Assembly: GCA_964634395.1 (NCBI GenBank)
Contig: CAZWJE010000004.1
Location: 24,733-88,732 of the forward strand
Direction: 5' to 3'
DNA: 64,000 nucleotides
Source of the DNA: an uncultured Gemmatimonas sp.
GTDB taxonomy: Bacteria > Gemmatimonadota > Gemmatimonadetes > Longimicrobiales > Longimicrobiaceae
The translations under genes and the position numbers were made by a program. Positions 42,779-51,417 of the stretch are shown here, one piece after another. The notes below the pieces were generated by a model. That model had not been told where the DNA came from, did not search any database, and saw nothing but the letters and a program-made list of their open reading frames with translations. Position 1 is the stretch's first letter. Each line of letters begins with the position of its first letter.

Positions 42779-45700
42779 ATGACCGAACCTTCGACCCCGA
42801 TGTCGCTTCCGAGCCCGTCCTCGCCGCGAGCCGTGCCGGACTGGCGAGAGCCATCGCCGATGATCGGCCGCGACCGGGAAATGGCGTTGGTGCGCCATCT
42901 CCTGGACGAAGCGGAGAGCGGGCGCGGCGGGATGCTGGTGATCTCCGGAGACGCCGGGGTGGGGAAGAGCCGGCTGTTGCGCGCGGCGGCGCGCGAGGCC
43001 GAACGCCTCGGCTGGAGGAGCCTGATCGGACGGGCCTATCCGGTGGAGACGGGCATCCCCTATTCGCCCTTCGCCGATGCCTTCGTACCGCTTCTCTGGA
43101 AGCTGGACGCGGAAGGGCTGGCGACGCTCACGCGGGGCAGCGAGGCGGAACTGCGATATCTCTTCCCGGCGATGGGCGGATCCTCCGTGGCGGATTCCGG
43201 ACACGATCCGGTGGAACTGAAAGCGCGCCTTCTCTGGAACTTCACGCAGTTCCTGACTCGTCTCGCGACTCGCCAACCTCTGCTTCTGATCCTCGACGAT
43301 CTGCAATGGGCGGACGCTTCATCGATCGAACTCCTTCACCTCATCGCCCGACGGATCGGCGGTTCCCGCGTCGCCGTGCTCGCGGCGTATAACCGCGAAC
43401 TGGTCGAGGATCGCGCGGACGTGATCGCGATGGAGGAATCGTTGATCGGGATCGGTGCGGCGCGCCAGTGCCCGTTGCGACCGCTCTCGCACGCGGACAC
43501 CGCCGCGCTCGTCCAGCAGGTCTTCGGTGTCGGAGAGACGACGACTCGTGAGTTCTCGGCGCTGGTCTTCGGGTGGACCCGGGGGAATCCGTTCTTCCTT
43601 GAGGAAGTGCTCAAGACGCTGGTGGATAGTGGGCGACTGCGCGAGGTGGAAGGGGCGTGGACGGGCTGGGAGATGACGGAGATCGATCTACCGTCGTCCA
43701 TACGTGACGCCGTGCGCGGAAGGTTCCGCTCTCTCAGGTCGAACGTTCGCGCGCTCGCGGACGTGCTGGCGGTCGTGGGTACGAGTGTCGGGCATGACAT
43801 CCTGCTGTCGGTGAGCGGCACCGACGAACCGGAGTTCCTGGAGGCGATCGAGGAGCTGCGTCGGTGTCGCCTGGTGGACGAGCGGCTGGAGGACGGCGTG
43901 GTCGTCTACGATTTCGTGCACCCGATGATTCGGGAGGCGCTGAACGCCGAACTCGGCCTGGCGCGAAGACGGCGGCTTCACCGTCGGGTCGCCGAAACAC
44001 TGGAGTCGTTGTGGGGCGCGGACGCGACCGGGCACGCCGACGAGCTGGCCTACCACTACGCGCGATCAGGCGAGAGGTCATTGGCCCCGAAGGCCGTGCT
44101 CTACCTCGCTGCGGCGGGTCGGGGCGCCCTTCGTCGACAGGCGAATCGGGAAGCGGCCGACTACCTGAGCGCGGCGCTGGAGCGGGTGTCGGAAGGGACA
44201 GGGGAGGCCGATGTCCAGGTCGCCGGGCTCGTCGAGGATCTGGCGCGGGCGCGACAGCGGCTCGGCGACCTGGATGGCGCGACCGAGCTCTGGCGCCGGC
44301 GGCTGGAATTCGCGGAAACCGCCGGCGACGCGTCCGCTCGAGCGCGTGTTCACCGCCGGCTGGGGCAGATCGAATCCTGGCGGGCCCGATACCCGGAGGC
44401 GCTCGAGCACTTCGACGCGGGGCTCGCGGCCGCCGAGGTGGCGGGCGACGACGGCCAGCTCGTCCGGCTCCACATCACCCGGGCGGAGTGCCTGATGGAA
44501 ACCGGGCGCGCCGATGACGCCCGCGTGGAGACGGAGGCGGCGCTCCGGCTCGGTGAACGTCTGGGCCGACGGGATCTGCTGGCGCGTGTGCATCTCGGGC
44601 TTCTGCTTCTGCACACCTGGACGGGACCGCCCGAGCGGGCGCGACACCATCAGCGACGGGCGCTGGAACTCTCCGCTTCGCGCGAAGACAGGCCACTCCG
44701 CTGTGACGTGCTTTGGGGCGCCGCCCTCCTCGGCATCGCCACGGGTGAACTTCAGGCGTCGCACGCGCACGTGGAAGCGGGGAGTCGGCTCGCGGACGAG
44801 ATCCGCTCTCCGCTCCACTGGCTGCGTATGGCCGAACTGCGGGTCGAACTCTTCGCCAGCGCGGGGGATTGGACGGATGCCGTCCAGCTCGCGAACCGGG
44901 CGATCGAGACGGCGCGCGCCCTCGATCACCGTTCGTCGCTCACGCGGCTGCTCTTCTGGCTCGGAACGATGCACTTCGGGCGAGGTGACGTCGCGCGTGG
45001 GAAGGCCGCGGTCGACGAGGCCTGGGAACTCGCGGACGCGGGGAGTGGCTCGGCGGGGCGGGACGTGCACGCGGTGGTCTCCGCGTACGCCGGCCGAGCC
45101 GGCTTCCACCTGGCCACGGGCGACTTCGAACGGGCGATCGAGGTTGCGGAGGCCGGCCTCGCCGTCGCCGACCGGACCGGGTACAGCGTATGGGCGATCA
45201 ACAGGCTCCTTCCCATGCTCGCGGAAGCTCATATGCTGCTGGGAGACCTCGATGGGGCGTCCCGGGTCGGAAGGAGGCTTCGCGCTGATGCCGAGCGGCT
45301 GGGGCACCTGCTCGGCCTTGCCTGGGCCGATGCGTGTGATGCGCTGCTCGTCTGGCTGCGCGGTGACCCCGTCGCCGGGATCGGACTTCTGCGCGCGGCG
45401 GCGAACCGCCTCGAGACGATTCCGGCCGTTCACGACGCTGCTCGGCTCCGTCGCCATCTCGCCGCCCGGCTGCGCGATTACGGTGACCGGGAAGGCGCGT
45501 TGCGCGAACTTCGGGAGATCCACGAGACGTTCGTGCGACTCGGAGCCGAACGCGAACTGGCCAAGACCCGTGAGCAGATCCGCGAACTCGGTTCCCGTCC
45601 CCCCGTTCGAGAGGCGGCGCGCGGTGCGGATGGACTCTCGATGCGTGAGGTGGAAGTCGCCCGGATGGCCGCGCGGGGGATGACGAACAAGGCGATCGGC

Positions 45701-45826
45701 CGCGCGCTGGAAATTTCACCCCGCACGGTCAGTACACATCTCTCGAAGGTGTTCGCGAAACTCGAGATCGGGTCCAGGGGAGAACTCGCCGAGGCGATGA
45801 TCGCGGAGCCGTCCTTCCTCGAGTAG
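42779..45826 (+). CDS. Large ATP-binding LuxR-family (LAL/MalT-like) transcriptional regulator
   Basis: 1015 aa. N-terminal AAA/Walker A (ISGDAGVGKSRLL), a central TPR-like region, and a C-terminal LuxR HTH (MREVEVARMAARGMTNKAIGRALEISPRTVSTHLSKVFAKL). Confidence 0.8.
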   Translation: MTEPSTPMSLPSPSSPRAVPDWREPSPMIGRDREMALVRHLLDEAESGRGGMLVISGDAGVGKSRLLRAAAREAERLGWRSLIGRAYPVETGIPYSPFADAFVPLLWKLDAEGLATLTRGSEAELRYLFPAMGGSSVADSGHDPVELKARLLWNFTQFLTRLATRQPLLLILDDLQWADASSIELLHLIARRIGGSRVAVLAAYNRELVEDRADVIAMEESLIGIGAARQCPLRPLSHADTAALVQQVFGVGETTTREFSALVFGWTRGNPFFLEEVLKTLVDSGRLREVEGAWTGWEMTEIDLPSSIRDAVRGRFRSLRSNVRALADVLAVVGTSVGHDILLSVSGTDEPEFLEAIEELRRCRLVDERLEDGVVVYDFVHPMIREALNAELGLARRRRLHRRVAETLESLWGADATGHADELAYHYARSGERSLAPKAVLYLAAAGRGALRRQANREAADYLSAALERVSEGTGEADVQVAGLVEDLARARQRLGDLDGATELWRRRLEFAETAGDASARARVHRRLGQIESWRARYPEALEHFDAGLAAAEVAGDDGQLVRLHITRAECLMETGRADDARVETEAALRLGERLGRRDLLARVHLGLLLLHTWTGPPERARHHQRRALELSASREDRPLRCDVLWGAALLGIATGELQASHAHVEAGSRLADEIRSPLHWLRMAELRVELFASAGDWTDAVQLANRAIETARALDHRSSLTRLLFWLGTMHFGRGDVARGKAAVDEAWELADAGSGSAGRDVHAVVSAYAGRAGFHLATGDFERAIEVAEAGLAVADRTGYSVWAINRLLPMLAEAHMLLGDLDGASRVGRRLRADAERLGHLLGLAWADACDALLVWLRGDPVAGIGLLRAAANRLETIPAVHDAARLRRHLAARLRDYGDREGALRELREIHETFVRLGAERELAKTREQIRELGSRPPVREAARGADGLSMREVEVARMAARGMTNKAIGRALEISPRTVSTHLSKVFAKLEIGSRGELAEAMIAEPSFLE

Positions 45827-45927
45827 CGTGAGGGCCGGAAGCCCCCTGTCGCCATCGCCAGGGTACGATGATTTCCGATGGCTCGCGGGTCGCCACGGGG
45901 GTCCCGTGGAACGGCCCCCCCCCGTTG

Positions 45928-46515
45928 TCATCGCCGGGGTATCACGCTTTCCGAAGCCGCGCCGGCCGCGAAGCGCGCTTCGCCCTTCGCCCAGCCGTAC
46001 TCCCTCAGCAGATCCGCGTAGACTCTCGCGTCGACCTCGGCGTACCGGTCGAGAATGGACTCGATCGAGAGACCGCCGGCCGCGACTCGCTCGTCGAGCC
46101 AGTCCTTGAGCCAGACGAGATGGTGCCGCTCGTCCTCGATCATGCGATAGAGGGTGGCCTGGACTCTACGGTGGGTGCCCGGCCGACGGATATGGTCCAG
46201 GAAGTGGCGGTAGACTCGTCGTTCGATCGTCTGTGTCGCGATGATGAAATGCAGGAAAGTCGGGGGCGGTCCGGCGAAGAATTGGAACCGATACTGATAG
46301 GTCTCCGGGATATGTCGGAGCTGTCCGCCGACGGCAAGGATCGTCTCGGACCAGATGTGGGCGTGCACGAGGAGATCCGCCGCGTGGCGGGTGAGATTCA
46401 CGAGCACACGCGCATCCCGCATCCGCGGCGCCAGGTCCGCGAGGATGCGTCCCCCGTGCAAGGCGGTAACGCGATAGAAATTGAGGGCCCTCAGCTCGTT
46501 CCCCGAGATCTCCAT
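45928..46515 (-). CDS. Ferritin-like / putative diiron protein (hypothetical oxygenase)
   Basis: 195 aa, all-helical composition with E/H-containing motifs (LVHAHIW, ERRVYRHF, EDERHH). The family is not firmly recognised. Overlaps the upstream reductase stop by 13 bp. Confidence 0.45.
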   Translation of the reverse strand: MEISGNELRALNFYRVTALHGGRILADLAPRMRDARVLVNLTRHAADLLVHAHIWSETILAVGGQLRHIPETYQYRFQFFAGPPPTFLHFIIATQTIERRVYRHFLDHIRRPGTHRRVQATLYRMIEDERHHLVWLKDWLDERVAAGGLSIESILDRYAEVDARVYADLLREYGWAKGEARFAAGAASESVIPRR

Positions 46516-46526
46516 GATTGACTCAT

Positions 46527-47615
46527 TCAGGCCGCGGTATCCAGTGAGGTAGTCCACGCACGCCGGGCGAGATCGGCGGCGAGCGCGCGCCAGTACATAG
46601 CCACGGGCGGGGCGCCATGGCCGAGGGCGGCCTCGGCGATTCCCGTGTGGAACCGTTTCGCGTGGGCGAGGTGAGGAACGAAGTGGCCGAGCGTACCGAT
46701 GAGCTTCGTCAGTCGCGCGTCCCCGGTTTCCTCGGCCGCGATTTCGAAGAGCCGGTAGGTCGAGAGATCGGTGAGGGCCGGCGGGGAGATCGACCGGCGG
46801 CGCCAGAGCGGGTTCTCGGACCACACCTCCCACGACCATGCGATGATCCGGTCGAGCGGCGCGGCCCCATCGCCGGCACACAGATGGACGGTGGCGCCGC
46901 GCAGATCCGGGCGGGTGGCGAGCTCCGCGATCGCGGAGGCCGCGAAGTCGGCCGGGATGACGTCGACGAGGGTATCTCCCCGACCCGGAAGCAATGGCGC
47001 GAGCCCGTCATGCAGGAGGCGCAGTATCCGGTGGATCGCGCCGTGGCGAAGGATCCGGCCCCGCTGGTCGTCGCAGACGATGGTGCTCGGACGCAGGATG
47101 ACGAAATCACGACCGCTCGCGCGGACGAGATCTTCCGCTTCCGCCTTCGACTGTTCATGGGCGTTCGCCCACCCGACCCGGGTCGGTGGATCGGTCTCCG
47201 CGATCCGCCCGGAACGGAGCCCGGCGACGAAGGCGGTGCTGACGAAGCAGATGGGCGATCCGCCGGGCGCGGTGAACTCCAGGAGACGTTCGGTCCCTCG
47301 TACGTTCACGGCGCGCGCGCGCGCCAGGTCGGCGCCGGGGTCGGTGTCGGCCGCGAGGTGAACGATCGCGGTGAAGTCCCGGCGCAGCGCGTCGCGCGTG
47401 GCGGCCGGGAACGCGGCGGCCGACGATCCCGGGTCGCCGACGATGGCGGTGACCCGGGCGGCGGGAACGCGCAGAGCCCGAGCCCGCGCCGCCCAACGTT
47501 CCGGGTCGCGGGTGAGTATGACGAGGTCCGCGCTGGGACGGTCGGTGAGAAGTCGTCGAACGACGAGACCACCGAGATGACCGGAGGCGCCGGTGACCAG
47601 GATGCGTTCGCCCAC
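46527..47615 (-). CDS. NAD-binding reductase of the thioester-reductase / male-sterility (NAD_binding_4)-like SDR family
   Basis: ILVTGASGHLGGLVVRRLL Rossmann, VHLAADTD, NVRGTERLLEF, VSTAFVAG, and an ..EQSK motif. Confidence 0.65.
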   Translation of the reverse strand: MGERILVTGASGHLGGLVVRRLLTDRPSADLVILTRDPERWAARARALRVPAARVTAIVGDPGSSAAAFPAATRDALRRDFTAIVHLAADTDPGADLARARAVNVRGTERLLEFTAPGGSPICFVSTAFVAGLRSGRIAETDPPTRVGWANAHEQSKAEAEDLVRASGRDFVILRPSTIVCDDQRGRILRHGAIHRILRLLHDGLAPLLPGRGDTLVDVIPADFAASAIAELATRPDLRGATVHLCAGDGAAPLDRIIAWSWEVWSENPLWRRRSISPPALTDLSTYRLFEIAAEETGDARLTKLIGTLGHFVPHLAHAKRFHTGIAEAALGHGAPPVAMYWRALAADLARRAWTTSLDTAA

Positions 47616-48578
47616 TCAGGCCTCCATCGCCATCGCCGTCCAGTGGGCACCGTAACCATATCCGAAGAGGAGGACTCTCTCGCCGGTCCGGACGGAGCCA
47701 CTGTCGAGCGCGTCACGCAGGTTGATGAAGTTGTCGGACGGGGTATGGCCGTCGCGCGGTACGTTCCGGGACCACAGCCGTGCCTTTCGCATTCCCGTCA
47801 GCACGAGGAGGATCTCCCAGCTCCGCAGGTTGACGTTGTGGGGGATGACCCAGTCCACGTCAGAGGCATTCCATCCGGCGTCGTCGAGGGTCTTTTGGAT
47901 GACCGTCCGGGCGGTCGGGAAGTAGGCGCCGAGCATTTCGTCGCGGAGCCGGTCCGCCTCCCAGAAGAAGCCCTTGGTCACATGACGCGACGCCACGATG
48001 CGGTTCCGGCCCGAATCGCGGCCGACGAGGATCGAGCAGGCCGCGTCCGAAGTACAGGTGAAGATCACCTCGCGCGCCGCGTCCGTGGGCATGAAGTCGA
48101 CGCTGACGCAGAGCGCATAGTCGATGCCTTCGGCGAGACAGAGCGCGCGGGCGACACGGATCGCGCCGAACAGGCTCGTCCCGCCGAGTTGATCGACGCC
48201 GATCACCGAGGCATTGCCCAATGCCAGGTCGTACTGCAGCCGGGTGGCGGGGAAGCGGAACCGGTCCACCGTACGCAGGGCGCCGCGTCCTGTCTCGGTC
48301 GCGGAGCCGGGCAGGAACGCCGTCTCCCCGGCCGCTCCCGAGTAGAGCACGAGCCCGACCTCCGCCGGGTTGAGCCCTGATTCGTCAAGGAGCGCGCGGG
48401 CCGAGGACAGACCCAACTCGTAGGGGCTCTCCTCGGCCGCGACGTAGACGCGCCCGAAGCCGGCCCGCCGCAGCAGCGCGGGTTCGCTTCGCAACTGGCC
48501 GGCGAGCGCTAGCTCCTCCACGCCTCGCGAATTGGACGGGAACGCGTACGAGACCGCGAGGATCGATATGTCCGTCAC
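47616..48578 (-). CDS. KAS-III (FabH)-like condensing enzyme/acyltransferase
   Basis: FabH-like fold (VIPHNVNLRSW, FGYGYGAHWTA C-terminus). The canonical active-site Cys position appears substituted (GGTS), which would suggest an acyltransferase-type KAS-III homolog. That is an eyeball alignment only. Confidence 0.65.
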   Translation of the reverse strand: MTDISILAVSYAFPSNSRGVEELALAGQLRSEPALLRRAGFGRVYVAAEESPYELGLSSARALLDESGLNPAEVGLVLYSGAAGETAFLPGSATETGRGALRTVDRFRFPATRLQYDLALGNASVIGVDQLGGTSLFGAIRVARALCLAEGIDYALCVSVDFMPTDAAREVIFTCTSDAACSILVGRDSGRNRIVASRHVTKGFFWEADRLRDEMLGAYFPTARTVIQKTLDDAGWNASDVDWVIPHNVNLRSWEILLVLTGMRKARLWSRNVPRDGHTPSDNFINLRDALDSGSVRTGERVLLFGYGYGAHWTAMAMEA

Positions 48579-49264
48579 GACTGGCCTCGCTCGATCCAGA
48601 CGACCGCCAGGATATGCTCGGGCCAGGGGCTCACCGTGTACCCGCCCGCGGCGAAGCGGACGCCGTCGAGAATCGCGCCACGCAGCGTGCCATCGTCATC
48701 GAAGGTCAGCTCCAGCGCGGTGCACGGATGCGGTTCGTTGCGTCCGAGCGCCTTCCACGTCGCCTCCTTGAGTGCCCAGAGCATCCGACGCTCGGGTACC
48801 TCCTGGCGTTGTTCCGCCAGGGTGAGGAAGTAGCGGACCCGATCAGAGGGAAAGGGCTTCGAGGTGACGATCTCCACACCCACGCGACGTCCATTGGGGG
48901 ATGGAGGCAAGGATACCGTCTCGGCGCGTCGCGGAGGAAACGGAATGGGGAGCGCCGAACGGATTTCGCGGGGGCTCGTCTGTCGTCGCGGTGCCGCGAT
49001 CACCGGCAGAGTCGGCATCGGCGGCGCCATTGCGGTCTGGCGATCAGGGGCGAACCGATTGAGCGCGAACTGGCGCGCCCGCCATTCGCCGGTCCGCCGC
49101 TCGTCGGGTTCAAAGGCGAGGACGCGGACCTTCCTCGGCGCGCCGAGAATTTCCACCGTTGGGTTCGTCGGGTCCGTCGGGTCCGTCGGGTCCGTCGGGT
49201 TCCGCCGCGCGATCTCGGTCGTCCGCTCGGCGCCTGGCTCGGTCCGGGCTTCTTCGATTGACAT
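48575..49264 (-). CDS. 4'-phosphopantetheinyl transferase (Sfp/EntD-type) with N-terminal PTD repeats
   Basis: W..KEA..KA.G motif (WALKEATWKALG) and a GVEIV region. The N-terminus encodes PTDPTDPTDPTN from a 9-bp tandem repeat. Confidence 0.55.
   Translation of the reverse strand: MSIEEARTEPGAERTTEIARRNPTDPTDPTDPTNPTVEILGAPRKVRVLAFEPDERRTGEWRARQFALNRFAPDRQTAMAPPMPTLPVIAAPRRQTSPREIRSALPIPFPPRRAETVSLPPSPNGRRVGVEIVTSKPFPSDRVRYFLTLAEQRQEVPERRMLWALKEATWKALGRNEPHPCTALELTFDDDGTLRGAILDGVRFAAGGYTVSPWPEHILAVVWIERGQS
49162..49197. repeat. 4 x 9-bp tandem repeat (gtccgtcgg) inside the PPTase N-terminal coding region
   Basis: gttcgtcgg gtccgtcgg gtccgtcgg gtccgtcgg encodes (PTD)3PTN on the minus strand. 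Confidence 0.8.
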
Positions 49265-49369
49265 CGGGTCGCTCCCGTTTCGCGTTCGGGTTTCGAGCCG
49301 TCATTCCACCTTCATACACGCTCCGTCCGATCGTTCAGTGAAAGAGTACGGCCGCGGATCCGCCGGCGG

Positions 49370-49410
49370 CATACGACGTATGGCGTAGTCACCACACCCG
49401 TATGACGTAC
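49370..49410. promoter_or_regulatory. Pair of related palindromic sites (CATACGACGTATG; CCGTATGACGTAC) in the divergent intergenic region between the PPTase operon and ORF 49510
   Basis: CATACG-A-CGTATG at 49370-49382 is a perfect palindrome. A related half-site pair sits at 49398-49410. Confidence 0.3.
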
Positions 49411-49509
49411 CCGCCGCGCCTGTCCGCCTGAGCCGCGCCCGGCTACGTTTGTCGCGGGCGATACGCACGCAAACTTCGCGCGCCGCTATCGGCGCTCGCC
49501 GCGCGATTC

Positions 49510-49941
49510 ATGTCAGAGACCGACCTCACACCTTCCCAGCAGGCGATACTCCGACGATTGCCGGAAACGTTCCCGCCGGATCGGATCGACCGGCTGTGGA
49601 TCTTTCCCCCACACGTTGCCGCGGGACGGGAATCGGGGTTCGTCGTCATCTCCCTGCTCGATTCCGAGCCCGACGATCCGGAACGGGCGATGACGCACCG
49701 AACCCTCTTCACCTATCGATATGAGACGCATCCAGTGAAGGGCGGGATGCGTCGCGACGAGCGAGTCACGGAGGAGGGAAGCGCTCCGGTCGAGCGGATC
49801 GATCGCGTGATCGCCGGCGTGCTCGCCCGTTCCGCCGCCAACGCGGTCGAGCCGATTTCGGAGGCGCTGGGCGGAGACGAGTCACGATGGTCCGCGTTCC
49901 TCGACCGCTTCGGCCTCTCGGTCACCACCACCGAAACTTGA
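49510..49941 (+). CDS. Hypothetical protein (143 aa)
   Basis: Clean ORF with reasonable composition and no recognised motif. Confidence 0.4.
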   Translation: MSETDLTPSQQAILRRLPETFPPDRIDRLWIFPPHVAAGRESGFVVISLLDSEPDDPERAMTHRTLFTYRYETHPVKGGMRRDERVTEEGSAPVERIDRVIAGVLARSAANAVEPISEALGGDESRWSAFLDRFGLSVTTTET

Positions 49942-49950
49942 CCGCGGTAG

Positions 49951-49970
49951 TCGATAATCATTATTGTTAC
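49951..49970. promoter_or_regulatory. Canonical Fur box upstream of fur
   Basis: tcGATAATCATTATtgttac matches the Fur consensus core GATAATGATAATCATTATC. It lies ~80 bp upstream of the fur ATG, consistent with autoregulation. Confidence 0.5.
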
Positions 49971-50049
49971 GTATCCTCCCCGCGTTCAGCCGGCCGTGGA
50001 AGAACGGGCCGGGCCGACGCCGCGCGATGGCCTTCAGGAAGGATTCGAC

Positions 50050-50535
50050 ATGTCGCCCTACATTCAGCTCTTCCGTCGCTACCTTCGGGAGCAGGGACTA
50101 CCGGTGACACCCCAGCGCGAGGCGGTCGCGGATGTCATCTTCAACTCACAGGGCCACCTCTCGGTCGAGGACATCGAGAAAGCGCTGCGCAGTACCGGCG
50201 AGCGGATCGGCAAGGCGACGATCTATCGGACGCTCGAGATTCTCGTACGCAGCGGCCTCGTCGAAGAGCACGACTTCGGTGAGGGCTTCAAGCGCTACGA
50301 GCATCTCTTCGGACAGACTCCGGTCCACGAACACCTGATCTGTGTCAACTGTCACGAGGTGGTGGAGTTCCAGAGCCCGGAAGCGGTGCGGGTCCAGGAG
50401 CTTACCGCTCGGGCTCATGGATTCATTCCCGTCCGCCACCGGCTGGATGTCTATGGTCTCTGCGGCAACTGCCAGGCGGAGGGCGTCGTGCTGCCCGACG
50501 AAGGGTTGACCTGTCCGGTCGAACTCCTGGCGTAG
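50050..50535 (+). CDS. fur: Ferric uptake regulator family protein
   Basis: LREQGLPVTPQREAVADVIF...HLSVEDIE...IGKATIYRTLEILV (wHTH), metal sites HEHLICVNCHEV and CGNC. GGAAGGA sits 8 nt upstream of the ATG. Confidence 0.85.
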   Translation: MSPYIQLFRRYLREQGLPVTPQREAVADVIFNSQGHLSVEDIEKALRSTGERIGKATIYRTLEILVRSGLVEEHDFGEGFKRYEHLFGQTPVHEHLICVNCHEVVEFQSPEAVRVQELTARAHGFIPVRHRLDVYGLCGNCQAEGVVLPDEGLTCPVELLA

Positions 50536-50596
50536 GGCTCCCGGGGCTCGCGCGTTCCGATGGCGAGGATACGCGGCGAACAGGGCACGGAGCGAA

Positions 50597-50638
50597 ATCG
50601 ACGAGGGGCCTCCAGATCAGCGGAGGCCCCTCGTCGAT
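50597..50638. terminator. Perfect 17-bp stem hairpin between convergent fur and ORF 50688-51089 (no U-tract)
   Basis: atcgacgaggggcctcc-agatcagc-ggaggcccctcgtcgat. Confidence 0.4.
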
Positions 50639-50687
50639 TCCCGGAACGGCTATGGCGATCCCGCGGGGATCAACCCGCCGCCGAGTG

Positions 50688-51089
50688 TCAGGAGGCTTTC
50701 CTGACCGCCGTCGCGTTCGTCATGTACATGCCCTGCGCGACATCGATCCCGGCGGTGAGATTCTCCCCTTGCGGCGTGAGCTTCACGGTGATCGGCGCGC
50801 TCTGCCCCTCGATGTCCAGGACGTAGTTGAGCGTCAGCGACTCGTCGGCCCGCGTGACCGAGGTGGCCCGCGAGGTACTCCCCATGGCGCTCATATCGGC
50901 GGCCACCTGGCCGTCCACGTCGAGAATGGTCAGCTCCACCGGCGTGCCTTCCACGTTCATCGTCCAGGAGCCCATGAACTCCGCGGCGTCCGAGACCGGG
51001 ACGGTCTGCGCGGTGGCCCCGGAAAGAGCCGCCACGAAAGTGGCGAAGAATACGATCGCCAGGATGGAAACGTTCTTCGGGATCGACAT
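50688..51089 (-). CDS. Secreted hypothetical protein (signal peptide)
   Basis: MSIPKNVSILAIVFFATFVAALSGATAQ signal peptide. 133 aa. Confidence 0.45.
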   Translation of the reverse strand: MSIPKNVSILAIVFFATFVAALSGATAQTVPVSDAAEFMGSWTMNVEGTPVELTILDVDGQVAADMSAMGSTSRATSVTRADESLTLNYVLDIEGQSAPITVKLTPQGENLTAGIDVAQGMYMTNATAVRKAS

Positions 51090-51417
51090 GGGCGAATCAC
51101 TCCGGATCGGGTGGGAGGCACGGGACCGCGTAGCGGAATCCGGGACAGGTACCGCAAGAATAATCGCTCCCCGGTGAGTTGGGAAAGGATCTCATACGCG
51201 AACCGCGAAGATCGCGGCCGCGGATCCGGGGCCCGCGCGGAACGGCGCATGGCCTCCCGGCGCTCCCGGCGGAAACGCATTCTGGCGGATGACTGTACCA
51301 TCGTGCGGGATCTGATTATGTTAAATGGCTATGCCGGATCCGGCCCCGGCCGGAACGCTGACCAGGATCAACCGAACTCCCGCGCGGGGTTAATCCCCGG
51401 TGAAGGCCCTTCCGCCT

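Noticed and set aside
46516-46533. GAATGAGTCAATCATG resembling the AGAATGA operator half-site just upstream of the diiron gene
   Set aside because: Only one half-site, and it lies inside the upstream coding region and overlaps the RBS/start. Probably chance, although an iron link to a diiron enzyme would be attractive.
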